Positions 23,516 to 36,842 are shown, counted from the first letter of the stretch. The stretch is 42,737 nt of DNA from Octopus bimaculoides (GCF_001194135.2 NC_068982.1:106294530-106337266), one strand, 5' to 3'. Translations and numbers: made by a program. The notes: generated by a model from the sequence alone, not told the origin.

Positions 23516-24399
23516 AACAACTAAAGTGTAATAAACCAAGCTTTATATGAGCAGGAAGAAACTTTTAATAATATGAAAATATAAATTAATGAGTGAGATT
23601 TTCTGTAAGGTAATAACTACAATTTAAGAGAAAAAAATAGATACGCACAGATATGTGTGTGTGTGCGTGTGTGTACGCAAGTATGTATGTGTGTGTGGGG
23701 GGGGGGCGTGCGTGTGAATTTATAATATCTATATATAATCTACATTAATAGCGTTTTAGAAATTTGGCATGTATTTAATTAAACATGTTTACGTGTGTGT
23801 AGTTTTGTACGTATGTATGTATGATTGTATATGTTTGAGTGTATGTATGTGTTTGCATGTGCGCATGTGTGCTTTATGTGTGTAATAATGAGTGAGCGTG
23901 TGTTTGTGTGTGTATGTGTGTATGAGTGTATGGTGGCGGTGGTGGGGTATTCGTGTATGGTAAATATCTGACTTAAATGTAAGTATTGCCATCAACAATG
24001 GTAATCAGCTAAGCAAAAAGCGATGATCATTTACACTATATTCATAATTAATTAGCACAACTTGGAATTCTATTATGAAAGCTATTTCAGGATACCGAAA
24101 TTAATAATTAATACAGGAAATTAAACAAACTTTAGAAAACAAAACTACAGTGAAGTTCATTTCGAGAACACTGATTCGGCAGTATATTAAAGTTTAAAAA
24201 CAATTTATTTATTAAGCATGCCTCTACATAAAGCAAACGAACATAATTTATATTAATTTTCATTTCGGATTTTGTTCAAGATTATTATTATTTTAATGAC
24301 CTAGCCAAATAAATTAATCTATTGCAACTAATTTAATTCCTCATAACTTAAAATTTCACTTCATTAGATATCTTCATTTCGTCTTTAGCTTCATGACGG

Positions 24400-24403
24400 G
24401 TGC

Positions 24404-24481
<78 letters not shown>

Positions 24482-25030
24482 ATGTATGTAAGTATGTGTG
24501 TATACACATATATATGTATATATATATATATGTACTATATGTACATATACATATATATATACACACATACATACATACACACACACACACGCACACACAT
24601 ATATGTATGTATATGCATAGATACATGGATACGATCATACATACAAATATACATACATACTTGCATACAAACACATACATATACAAATATATTCACACAC
24701 ACATTTTCATTTAAATGGTTTTGGTTGTATTGTTATACTCGCCGTTAATTTTGAACCTATGTATACACATATGAGTGAATGAGTGTGTGCGTGCGTGCGT
24801 GCGTGTGTGAGTGTGTGTGTAAGCGTGTGTGTGAGCGTGCGTGTTGCAAATATCAGTGTATACCTACATATACTCATATGCACATTTATCTGTGTGTATA
24901 GGTGCATATAGATATAGGTGTGTGTGTGTGTCTGAGTGCTTGTACGTATATATTTATGTGATAAGTGTATATGTACGTATGTACGTGCGTATATTTTGCG
25001 TAGTGTTTATGGGTATACACGAGTGCGTGT
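24400..25030. repeat. Compound, degenerate alternating purine-pyrimidine microsatellite field
   Basis: (TA)n, (TG)n, (TATG)n, (CATA)n and (CA)n tracts read directly. Confidence 0.85.
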
Positions 25031-25897
25031 GAAAATATGAATGATAGAAAAAGAGAATATTTTTGTATCACAGAAATAAGACGTGTACATGATCAACATG
25101 TACTGAAGAAAAATACATTAATTACAAGAGATATATTGAAAGGAATATCTAGATTATTACAATATGACTTATAAACGTTGCACATTTGGTGCATCATATT
25201 GTATCAAGACATACGTCAATAGCTTCCATAAAATAATTTTTGAGACACAATAACAGAGTAAAGCTGCTCTGAATATTCCTAGTCGTCCAATTTTAACTCT
25301 TTAGAGAAAAAGCAAGCTCTGCTATATTCTTTCGTATAAGGTTCTTTTTCGTTTATCACTGAAAATAAAAATGCGATATTGTGTTGAGTCAAAAGTTTTC
25401 GAATATTTTCTAAGTTATTTGCTTTATTCGCCAAGTTACATCAAAAGCAACCTAGCATTCGAAGTAGAGGCCATTGTATTGCACCATCTGAAGCTACCCT
25501 TCTGTTAGTTCTTTGATCCTACGCTGATACCAGTTCTTTCTTGTCCGAGAGGAGATGGAAACTTCAGGGAATAAGTTCTCCGAGTCGAAGAATTACAACG
25601 AAGCTTCTACCTCCTCTTAGTTGAAGTGTCACGAGAACAAGTCGTGAGCCTTCTTTCATACATATGATGATTAGAAGATAAAAAATCGAACGAATTTTTC
25701 TGATAACCCAATACTATAGCTGTTAAAAATTGCGTCCATTATCCTAGTTTCAAATACTGCAACTAAAAAGATACATATCCTTTTCTGTTATGACATTTAT
25801 AACTGCCTACGCTGTATAGATATTGGAACGTCCCAAGTAAAAGCACTACCAGGATTTGTATTGTGGGCGCATATTCATGTATCATATATTGATGTCG

Positions 25898-25967
25898 AAT
25901 TTCGCACACATCTAGCAATTCCGGGGCAGAGGTAAGTCGATTATATCGATCCCAGTGCTCAACTAAT
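25898..25967 (-). mobile_element. SINE family A, short 3' fragment
   Basis: GGTAAGTCGATTATATCGATCCCAGTGCTCAACT. Confidence 0.65.
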
Positions 25968-26014
25968 ATGATGTATTTCTGTAACAAGCCATAAAATGGT
26001 AAGATAATCTCACT

Positions 26015-26216
26015 TAATAATATTGGTCTCAGATTTTGGCACAGGAGCGAGGATAAGTCGATTACATCGTCGTCAGTGCTCAACTAGTACTTATTTTTAA
26101 GTACTAGTTGAGCAAAGTCGACCTCTGCAGAATCTGAACTCAGAACATGAAGACGGACGAAATGCTGCTAAGCATTTTGTCCGGATTGCTAACAACCCTG
26201 ACAGTTCGACACCTTT
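26015..26216 (-). mobile_element. SINE family A with an internal 16 bp inverted duplication
   Basis: Family A head and tail present; palindrome at 26078-26113 replaces the usual ATCGACCCCGAAAGGATGAAAGG segment. Confidence 0.88.
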
Positions 26217-26499
26217 CACGTATCATATATTAATTTTGAATACGGCTTGAATGCATTTTCAAGTTACAATTGTTCAGTTTGTGATTTGATCTGAGATCAT
26301 TTATGGACGCTTCCACTGCGCGACAATATTTTTTTTATGTATGTTTTCTCAAGATAGACTCGTTTTTATCACTGATGTGAGAGAAGGAAATTCTTATAAG
26401 GCCACAATTAAATATATTGTCTAAAGTTCATTATTTCTGGAAACAATATATCAGAGGGTCACAGTTGGAACGTAGTCGATCTTAGGCCAGCATAATACA

Positions 26500-26657
26500 A
26501 CAAAACAACCATAGCCATATATTTCTGAAATGAACCCTCACCATTTTAAAGAAAACAAAAAACAGAGGTGATCAGATATTAATAGAAACCCCTAAAAAGA
26601 CAGGATGCTCATGTCTGGAACAGCTTTGATCATAGGCTGCTCAACCAGGACTAACGT
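26500..26657 (+). mobile_element. Family D remnant
   Basis: AAAAAGACAGGATGCTCATGTCTGGAACAGCTTTGATCATAGGCTGCTCAACCAGGACT. Confidence 0.5.
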
Positions 26658-27086
26658 AAAAAAAAAATTAAAAAAAAAAAAACACAAAAAACAACATCAA
26701 TACCAACAACAAAAGCAATAACAATAGTAACAACTGTTCTCCACGTCTTAATACTACTTTAATTTCTGAATCTACATGACTTTGAAGTGTGTCTATAAGA
26801 ATGTGTGTGTATAAGATGAGACTAGATAGATGTATATAGATGCATGTATTGCTATTATGAATGTTCGTATACTGTGTTTGTGTACGCGAATTTGTGTGCT
26901 GTGTATGTATTTGTTTGTTTGGTTCATTGTGTGTGTGTATGTGTGTGTGTGTGTGTTTTCAGATATATATATATATATATATATAATAAGGGTTTAAAGT
27001 TAGGACATTGTATACATGTTTATGTACTTTTTGCTTGTTTGTTTAGCAGGACGGTTGTTATATTTCTGCATCTGCGTATTATATTT

Positions 27087-27138
<52 letters not shown>

Positions 27139-28276
27139 ATGTACATAATGTACATATCTATATTTGTGTGTATGTATGTGTAAGTAAATATATATGTATG
27201 TATATGTATGTATGTATATATATATATATCTATGTATGTATATATANNNNNNNNNNNNNNNNNNNNNNNNNNNNNNNNNNNNNNNNNNNNNNNNNNNNNN
27301 NNNNNNNNNNNNNNNNNNNNNNNNNNNNNNNNNNNNNNNNNNNNNNNNNNNNNNNNNNNNNNNNNNNNNNNNNNNNNNNNNNNNNNNNNNNNNNNNNNNN
27401 NNNNNNNNNNNNNNNNNNNNNNNNNNNNNNNNNNNNNNNNNNNNNNNNNNNNNNNNNNNNNNNNNNNNNNNNNNNNNNNNNNNNNNNNNNNNNNNNNNNN
27501 NNNNNNNNNNNNNNNNNNNNNNNNNNNNNNNNNNNNNNNNNNNNNNNNNNNNNNNNNNNNNNNNNNNNNNNNNNNNNNNNNNNNNNNNNNNNNNNNNNNN
27601 NNNNNNNNNNNNNNNNNNNNNNNNNNNNNNNNNNNNNNNNNNNNNNNNNNNNNNNNNNNNNNNNNNNNNNNNNNNNNNNNNNNNNNNNNNNNNNNNNNNN
27701 NNNNNNNNNNNNNNNNNNNNNNNNNNNNNNNNNNNNNNNNNNNNNNNNNNNNNNNNNNNNNNNNNNNNNNNNNNNNNNNNNNNNNNNNNNNNNNNNNNNN
27801 NNNNNNNNNNNNNNNNNNNNNNNNNNNNNNNNNNNNNNNNNNNNNNNNNNNNNNNNNNNNNNNNNNNNNNNNNNNNNNNNNNNNNNNNNNNNNNNNNNNN
27901 NNNNNNNNNNNNNNNNNNNNNNNNNNNNNNNNNNNNNNNNNNNNNNNNNNNNNNNNNNNNNNNNNNNNNNNNNNNNNNNNNNNNNNNNNNNNNNNNNNNN
28001 NNNNNNNNNNNNNNNNNNNNNNNNNNNNNNNNNNNNNNNNNNNNNNNNNNNNNNNNNNNNNNNNNNNNNNNNNNNNNNNNNNNNNNNNNNNNNNNNNNNN
28101 NNNNNNNNNNNNNNNNNNNNNNNNNNNNNNNNNNNNNNNNNNNNNNNNNNNNNNNNNNNNNNNNNNNNNNNNNNNNNNNNNNNNNNNNNNNNNNNNNNNN
28201 NNNNNNNNNNNNNNNNNNNNNNNTATATATATATATATATATATATCGTATAATACACATATACATAGAGATAGAC

Positions 28277-28356
<80 letters not shown>

Positions 28357-28419
28357 CAGAGCCACTATTAGAGGACAAGATAGAGCAGGAAGAGAAAATA
28401 ATCCCCATCACATATGGAA

Positions 28420-28600
28420 TTATGGTTTCTAATTTAGGAACAAAGCCTTGTCAATACCATAGACCCAAGTACTTGACAGGTACTTTACTTTATCAATTTC
28501 TGGAGAACGAGGGACAAAGTTGACCTTGACGGGCCTAAGAGTGAAAAATACTGTACGGTATTTCTTCGAAATTGGCACTGGTTTTGTCAGTGTGCCACTT
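28420..28600 (-). mobile_element. SINE family A, highly decayed
   Basis: TGGTTTCTAATTTAGGAACAAAGCC...GACCCAAGTACTTGACAGGTACTT...ACAAAGTTGACCTTGACGG. Confidence 0.5.
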
Positions 28601-28977
28601 ATCACATATTAAATGATATTAAGAAATGATGAGACAAGATGTCTTGTACCATTTTGTTTAAGAATTGCAGTATTTAGTTACGTCTTACTGAGGTGAACGT
28701 CCCCTCGTGGTGTATTAATTTACATCCTCCTTCTTGATCGTGTTTATGTGTGCATATAGATTTTTTATCTTTTATATGCTTTAGCCCAAAGGCTAAGCCG
28801 TACTGGAACACACACACAAATACACACACACATACACACACACACAAATACACACACACATATACACACACACACACATATATATATATTGATTCGTAAT
28901 AGAATATAAGGATAAAAATCACGTTAATGATTTTTTAATCAAGTAGTCAGCATGCTATATGATATATTAATTTAATG

Positions 28978-29013
<36 letters not shown>

Positions 29014-29470
29014 NNNNNNNNNNAATGGACTATAAAACACAGACTAGGGTCCCAAATTAACAACAGGCTGGAGGTTGGTAGTCAATATATTATTTAGCTA
29101 CATCTGAATGCCTGTAGGTTCATTTTTGATAACATGAAAAAAAAAAAAGAGAAAAAAAAAGAAGGGAAAAAAGGAAGCTGCACGTATAACACATAACTTA
29201 GAAGCAGTGCTACTGATGTGCCTGCACACACCAGATTGAGACATGGCCGACCTCGCGCACTTCTCATAAAGAATTCCGGAAGGACCTTCGTGAGACCACT
29301 GCTGAGACGCTTCAGGAAAAAAAAAAATAGAAAAGCCGTTGGAAAACCGATTATAGCAGCGACTCCATCAATTCCTAGGGATATCTGAAGAAGAAATTTT
29401 TATTCCTAAATATCATATCAGACTATGGATGATTGAATTACAACAGTTATTATAGTCCATTGTTTGTATT

Positions 29471-29549
<79 letters not shown>

Positions 29550-29689
29550 TATTAAGAAGGAAGTAGTCAAAATTTAGCATAATTCTTAATTAGCGGTTTC
29601 GTTCGTTTAACCGAAACTCTTCAAGAAAAATTGAGACCAAGATATATGTATAATTTTATATATATGTATACATGTATATATATATATAA

Positions 29690-29750
<61 letters not shown>

Positions 29751-29769
29751 TGTGTGTGTNNNNNNNNNN

Positions 29770-29829
<60 letters not shown>

Positions 29830-29865
29830 TGTGTGTGTGTGTGTATACACACATACATAGCTATC

Positions 29866-29990
29866 CTAGCCACATCGTTTTGGGTTCAGTCCTACTGCGT
29901 GGCACCTTGGGCAAGTGTCTTCTACTATAGCCTCGGGCAGATCAAAGCCTTGTAAGTGGATTTGGTAGACGAAAACTGAAAGAAATATAT
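29866..29990 (+). mobile_element. SINE family B, 5' part
   Basis: GGGTTCAGTCCTACTGCGTGGCACCTTGGGCAAGTGTCTTCTACTATAGCCTCGGG is nearly identical to 23026-23085; a B-type 3' end also occurs at about 30378-30435. Confidence 0.85.
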
Positions 29991-30159
29991 GTTTATGTAT
30001 ATACATATATACTGGTCATCAGCACAATGTAATTTTCCAGCAACGAAAGACAATGTAATCCTCGATATAAAAGCACACCGGAATATTATGGATGGAGATC
30101 TGAGGAGGTTTTGATTAATCAAATTGACCTGGGTCTAAACAATAATTAGCTGAGCCAAA

Positions 30160-30300
30160 AATTGTGCCTCTGTTAGAAACAGCAGCCAAATCACATTTAT
30201 TACGCACTAATGTCTTAAAAATGGGTGGGGTGTATTGGTTAATATGTTTGGAAAAAAGACGAGAATGTCACTGTTTGAATAATTTTGATCACAGATCAAA
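30160..30300 (+). mobile_element. Family D remnant
   Basis: GTTAGAAACAGCAGCCAAATC...GTCTTAAAAA...AAAAAGACGAGAATGTCA...TTTGATCACAG. Confidence 0.45.
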
Positions 30301-31899
30301 AGAGGACAGCAGTGTCAATCACCCTCCTTCACCAAAAGCCAATCACATAAAATTAGCCATTGAAAAAGTGATTACACTGGTGGTGCTCCAGCGTGGCCAC
30401 AAACTTAAGGCTGAAACATGTAAATGAATAAAAGAAGGATCTACTAAATCAGAGCTGGCTCGATACCGAACAAGAACAACTATTATTTTCTTTTCTAGCA
30501 ATAAGTATACTGTCACCAAATGTACACAGTAATTCTAGGTAATATTAGGACCAGCATATAGCACTGGAGTAGTTGGAAGATCACAACAACCACAAGTAAT
30601 ACTGGCCACTCTTCAAGTGAGAGTTATAATGTATTTTACTAATTTTCATTTTCCAGCTGCTAATAATTGAGTGTAGCGTATATAGGTGAGGCTCGTGCGA
30701 ATTTTCCACCATAGATATTATGGTGCATATTTGGTGAAATCCTAAGGTTTGTAGGAGAAGATTTCTAGGAACGGATGGATAAAACAGCAACTGGATAAGC
30801 CTAAAGCTAAGTTTATTAGTAATGCTGTTAAAACGCTTCATTTAAAAACATAACGAAATTTTTTTCATTCTATCGTGGCTGACTGTAGAAACATGTTACT
30901 TTTAGGAGTGGAATCTTAAAGTTTCGACCGAATTTCTTCTTGTTGAATTAGATTATTTATACCTTACTACTAGTCCATTATCATTGACGCATCCATGGAA
31001 TAATTTTAAATGGATGAAATTAAACTGACAAAATATGATAAATTTGATAACCACATCTCTATTTTTGAAAATGAATTAAAAGTGCATCTGTATCTCTTCC
31101 ATAATTCCATAATTAGCTGCAATATACAATTTCGAACTAATAGCAACATTTTCAATCTTCAACGAACTTCTACTAAAAATTATCGAAAATTTTTGTGCGT
31201 GAGCTGTTCTTTACAGATGATTGTGTCCCTCACCACACTTTTTTTCCCAATACTCTTGAAGATGTTTAGAGATTCAAAAACTGTTTCTAGATTGCAGCAA
31301 AGAACGTCGGTCACAGAATAAACAAAAAGAAGACTGAGATCATAAACTGATTATGAAACACGAGTCTTCTCTAGATAAGTATTGCTTTTAGTAGGTTCAC
31401 AAATTGGCTTTAGAATGCTTCAGACATCTCACTTTATGCCAAAACTTAAGCGTATAAAGCAGTGATATTAACTACACTATTCATGGATCTGTATTGTCGA
31501 CAGATAAAACTATTGGACATTTTCGTCTCTATTGTTTTCGTAAAACTGTATTATTAAGTGGCAGGACACGATATCCAATACAGAAGTCTTATCTTGATGT
31601 AAAATCAGTGATATACAGACATGTGTGGCTATGTGCTTCGATGCAAAACAGAAGTTTGGGAACTTTTTTAATCAATTACTCCCAAATATATTTATTTACG
31701 CTGGCGTTACCACCTTGATTTGAAAGGAAGAAAATCATAGATTCTTTGAATTCAAAATGTTTATTGAATCTATTTATCGGAAGAATAGAATTATAAATAT
31801 AAAGCGTATTTAAAGAATGCGATAAAATAAATTAGTATCCCCATTTTGAAACAAATGGACTTTTCTAGAAACTTTTTCACTTTAGGTTTTAGAGAAATG

Positions 31900-32775
31900 A
31901 TGTTGACAACACCTTAGCAATTATTTGTAGTCCAAAAGGGATAGAGATGCGGGAAAAACCGTAAAATGTGACAACCGATGCAGACTTTGTGAATTTCCCA
32001 CTGAAGATATCACCCACATCATAAGCAGTTGTCCGAAAATGTCATCACAGTATATCTACCGATCAGACATGACGTTATAGCTAGGACACTCTATAATGAA
32101 ATCCGTCGGACGGATAATCCTGAGGACACAGAAATAAAAACCCACAATATGGTAGAAGCCATAGCTACTCAAAATGAAAAGGAATAGTGGTGGAATGTAT
32201 CAGTGAAGACCTCAATAAAATGTAAACACAACAGACCTGATATAATGATTTGGGATAGAGAAGCGAAACTGTGCACAATTGTGGAAATTAGCTGCCCGCG
32301 GATGTTAACATAAAGCTGAAGATCAGTGAAAAAGAGAACACTTATGCTGAACTATTGAGAAATCTGCAGTTACTCTATCCAGATTGCAAGTTCAGGTTTA
32401 TAACTGTAATTATTGGGGCCCTGTGATATGTATCACACTGTCTAAATACCAATCTTGAGAAAGTATGCTTCTCAAAACCAGAAGGAGAAAGCTAATTCGA
32501 AGACTACAGATCCAATCCATCACTGGAACTGTAAAAATCTGGAAAACTTTCCAGAAGTTTATCATTTAAATATATATGAGCATATCTATATATGTAACTA
32601 TATCCATGAGAATACATACATAAAACATACAAATCTGCACATACATACATGCATACATACATACAAAAATACCCTGTTGCTGATGCTGAAATTCCAACGA
32701 AGGAACCTTAGATCTAGGTTAGAAACCGGTTCTTTCTCTATTGGCAAGAAATCTTGAAATAAACAGAATAATGAC
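31900..32775 (+). mobile_element. 3' fragment of an R4/Dong-like non-LTR retrotransposon (zinc knuckle + restriction-like endonuclease + 3' UTR)
   Basis: CRLCEFPTEDITHIISSC = CX2CX8HX4C (31979-32032). Then, across 3 frameshifts and 2 stops: IRHDVIAR, KHNRPDIMIWDREAKLCTIVEISC (PD at 32236-32241), KISEKENTYAEL, FITVIIGAL; stop TAA 32567-32569. Confidence 0.88.
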
Positions 32776-32782
32776 ATACACG

Positions 32783-32866
<84 letters not shown>

Positions 32867-32945
32867 TATATATGTATGTATATATGTTTGTATGTATGCA
32901 TGTATGTATCTCTCTCTCTCTCTCTCTCTGTATATATATATATGC
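32776..32945. repeat. (CA)n, then (TATG)-like, (CT)n and (TA)n microsatellites
   Basis: Direct reading. Confidence 0.9.
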
Positions 32946-33345
32946 ATGCGTGTTTGTGCCAATGTATGTGAGTGTAGCTATTCTAATTATTACCTTTAGA
33001 TCTCCGATATTCCCATTCTTGAGATTCACTTTCCCTTTTCAGCAATTTCCTTTGTAACTTTTGGCAGACCAATTCTCAAGGCGTCATGATATCAAATCAA
33101 ACGCTGAAATTTCTATATCTGTCCACCATATTTTAATGTTTTTGTTGTTTCAAACGTCTTGTTTGTTTTTTATTCCATCGTTGCTGACTATAAAGACTAT
33201 ACAGAAAGGAGTTATGGTTACACGGAGAAATACCGATTCGGTTTAACGGCTTCTAATAACTGAATTATTTTATTTATACGCTCTTTCTTGTATTGTGTAG
33301 CTTTACTCACGTTCATTAATACTAACACACACACGCCCGCACACG

Positions 33346-33382
<37 letters not shown>

Positions 33383-34124
33383 GTGTACATACGTGTATGT
33401 GCTTGTATATTTGAGTCTATATAAGTGTNNNNNNNNNNNNNNNNNNNNNNNNNNNNNNNNNNNNNNNNNNNNNNNNNNNNNNNNNNNNNNNNNNNNNNNN
33501 NNNNNNNNNNNNNNNNNNNNNNNNNNNNNNNNNNNNNNNNNNNNNNNNNNNNNNNNNNNNNNNNNNNNNNNNNNNNNNNNNNNNNNNNNNNNNNNNNNNN
33601 NNNNNNNNNNNNNNNNNNNNNNNNNNNNNNNNNNNNNNNNNNNNNNNNNNNNNNNNNNNNNNNNNNNNNNNNNNNNNNNNNNNNNNNNNNNNNNNNNNNN
33701 NNNNNNNNNNNNNNNNNNNNNNNNNNNNNNNNNNNNNNNNNNNNNNNNNNNNNNNNNNNNNNNNNNNNNNNNNNNNNNNNNNNNNNNNNNNNNNNNNNNN
33801 NNNNNNNNNNNNNNNNNNNNNNNNNNNNNNNNNNNNNNNNNNNNNNNNNNNNNNNNNTATATATATATATATATATATTTATTTATTTATTTATTTATTT
33901 ATATATGTATATATATCTGCGCGTGTGTGTGTGTATATGTATATTATATGGTACCATTAAGCATTAGTGAAATGAAGTGTTTTTTTAACATAACGACACC
34001 ATGCAGCGTTTACATATGATTCTTCGGTATATACCGCAGTTTCAAACAATACATATTTCGTAAATAGACACTTGGACTTGTAGTTATGTAAAGCAAAGTA
34101 GAATCTTTAATTGCACAATTAGAG

Positions 34125-34308
34125 TAGTGCTCCGCAACTTTTTCACTTGTGGTATACTTATATTCTTTTCAAAATTCGGCGGCACACCTGAAGTGGAAAT
34201 ATAATTAAAAGTATAGGTAAAAAAATTGTATTCAGGTTACACTGCGGCATACCTACCAACATCTCGTGGCACACCAGTGTGCTGCGGCATACCGGTTGTG
34301 GAGCACTG
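34125..34308. mobile_element. hAT-type MITE, 184 bp
   Basis: TIRs TAGTGCTCCGCAAC / GTTGTGGAGCACTG; 8 bp TSD AATTAGAG (34117-34124) / TATTAGAG (34309-34316); subterminal GTGGCACACCAGTGTGCTGCGGCATACC. Confidence 0.85.
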
Positions 34309-34962
34309 TATTAGAGTATGGTGCTGATAACATTTATTTTAAAACTGCTTTGTTAGTGTTTCTATTATGGCCGAAAGCTGTATGAAAGAGCCCTGGTCAG
34401 TTTAGTCGTTTTGTCACAGATTACAATAGTGAGCAATTTCATTTTGTGGTATCGGTTTACCAGTCAATTTATTTTGGTATGTTTATGTATTTTTACATTT
34501 CTTTTAGATGCATCCTTAACTGTTTCCAGTCCACACTAAAATGCTTTGGTCAGTTTTAATTTTTTCACTTATTTTACGCTGAGTACTTTTCTTTTTAATT
34601 ACCGAAATGTAACAAAGGTTGCGTACACTTAACTGAGGTTTTACAAAATATATTCATTTATAAGGGTTTCACATATATGTATTCACAATTACGCATTCTT
34701 TGATTACTTTCATGTATTTTTTTTCTTCCTCTAAAAACTAGCGCTTCAATAGTTTGTTGTAGTCTGTCCCTAAATTGAAGTGTGTATTTTTACATTATTA
34801 TCTCAAATTTGTTTATGTATTTCACTTCATCATTTAATTTAGAGAATATATTTTGCCTTCTTTACTTGGGTTACTTTATAATATGATGTACGTATTTCTG
34901 TTATAATTCGTCCATATTTAACTTCGTAGCAAACAATAAAATCGTTAAAAAATCTCTCTTCC

Positions 34963-35183
34963 TAATATTAGTCTTAGATTTTGGCACAAGGCCAGAAATT
35001 TCGGGGGACGGGATAAGTCACTTATATTGTACCCCGTGCTCAACTGGTACGAATTTTATCGACCCCGAAAGGACGAAAGGTAAAGTCGACCTCGGCAAAA
35101 TTTGAACTCAGAACGTAAAGACGGACGAACTACCACTACGCATTTAGTCCGGCGCGGAAACGATTCTGCCAGCTTGCCGCTTT
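34963..35183 (-). mobile_element. SINE family A, full length
   Basis: Complete head-to-tail match to the family A reverse complement. Confidence 0.9.
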
Positions 35184-35195
35184 CATCTTTCTTCA

Positions 35196-35332
35196 TAATA
35201 TTATTGGTTTCACATTTTGGCACAAGGCCAGGAATTTTGATGCGGGACTAAGTCGATTACATCGTCCCCAGCATTCAATTGGTATTTATTTTACCCCGAA
35301 AGGACGAAAGACAAAATCGGCCTCGGCGGAAA
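35196..35332 (-). mobile_element. SINE family A, 5'-truncated, tandem to the previous copy
   Basis: TAATATTATTGGTTTCACATTTTGGCACAAGGCC...CCTCGGCGGAA. Confidence 0.85.
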
Positions 35333-36147
35333 CTTAATATTAATTAACACCCCCTAGTCCTTGTTTAGTGAATACCGTCATTTACAATTATTTTTTTTCT
35401 ACTGTCTTCATTCCAGTTTACACACACTAACTTCCAAGTTAAAAATATTCTCATGACTCCATAAGTTTCGTATAATCTCGCTTTAAAATTTCACAGTTTT
35501 GCTTGAATTAGATACTACAGCGTATAAATGAGCTTACTTCACTTACCGTCACATACTTGTAAATTCTTTAACAGTTAAATTCAACTTTAAACTCAATAAA
35601 GTATTTGAAACTCTTAAATTTATAGATTCTTTAATGTTAGGTACCTACAAAAGCTTTCAGCCAAAAACAGACTTGCTTTCTAAATTTTAAATATATAACT
35701 GACCTATTTATTGTTAGCCTTTATCTAAATATTGAATATAACTGTCTTATTTTCAAAATTTGCTCCATTCTTACAACTACTCCTCTCATTGTCGCTCCCC
35801 TTTTTATTTTATTATTTCCTTCCGTCCTCCTTAATTAACTTCTTTCTAATATACATATTGGCACTTCGATAATAAATGTTTTCCATTAGTTCTGAACAAT
35901 TCACCAATGCATGAAACAAATTTTTAAAAACTTATAAAAAATATTTGAATAAACATCAAAGTCTCTGCTTTTGAAGTATTAGGCTATTATTTAGTTTTGA
36001 CAACCTTTATTCCCACAAAGAATTATTTTTATGCATACATTCACGTGTATTGTGTGTATGTGTGTGAATAGAAATGTATGTATGTATTTCATTTTGCATT
36101 GTTACGGGTTTAAGTTTTTTATATGCATATAAGCGTGTATGTATAGG

Positions 36148-36181
<34 letters not shown>

Positions 36182-36699
36182 TTGTGTTTATGTGTGTGTG
36201 TATTATTCGACAGTAATTTACAAAAGTGACTCTGAGGCCAAGATTTCCGATTTAAAAGTACATATAAACTCATGTATAAAGTTCTATTTCTTTTGTTTGT
36301 TCTATCAGTCCTATCGAGAAAGGAAAAGGGTTGCTCTCTTCCAAAAATACCAGTACTTCCTGCAGGCAACACAATTCTGTCACGTAAATGTTGTCCGGAG
36401 CTGGATACTTCATTTTGTTCAAGGTTCGAACGTTTCAAACATTATTATATTTTAGGAGATAAGAAGAACGGTGGTTCTGCAGGAAAATGTATGAAAGGAA
36501 AGCCACAACGTACCGGGAGCTGGGAGACGGCAAAATAAAATCTTGCTGGCTCTAACAAAACGCGGGCGGAGTTGAGCTGTAAGCAAAGGAAAAAGGAGCA
36601 GCTTCTAGCCATCACAACCGACCTCACAATTGGAGGGTATTGTGGTTTAGAGTTTACCTTACATGACAGCGTCGTCTTCTTGTCGAAAGCCAGTCATAA

Positions 36700-36842
36700 C
36701 AGAATGGCTTTGTGGTTAGGGTGTTGAACTCACGATCGTAAGATTGTGGTTTCGATTCCTAGACGGGGTGATGCGCTGTGTTCTTGAGCAAAACACTTCA
36801 CTCCGTGTTGCTCCAGTCCACTCAGCTGTAGAAATGAGTTTA
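36700..36842 (+). mobile_element. SINE family C2, 5' half
   Basis: GATCGTAAGATTGTGGTTTCGATTCC...TGTTCTTGAGCAAAACACTTCA...GCTCCAGTCCACTCAGCTG matches the 21282-21544 copy. Confidence 0.85.

Noticed and set aside
26844-28411. Longest ORFs (360-469 aa); likewise 9781-10523, 33381-34019 and 39521-40540
   Set aside because: They are open only because they cross N gaps.
31010-31321. 103 aa ORF in AT-rich unique sequence
   Set aside because: No motifs; an ORF of this length is expected occasionally by chance.
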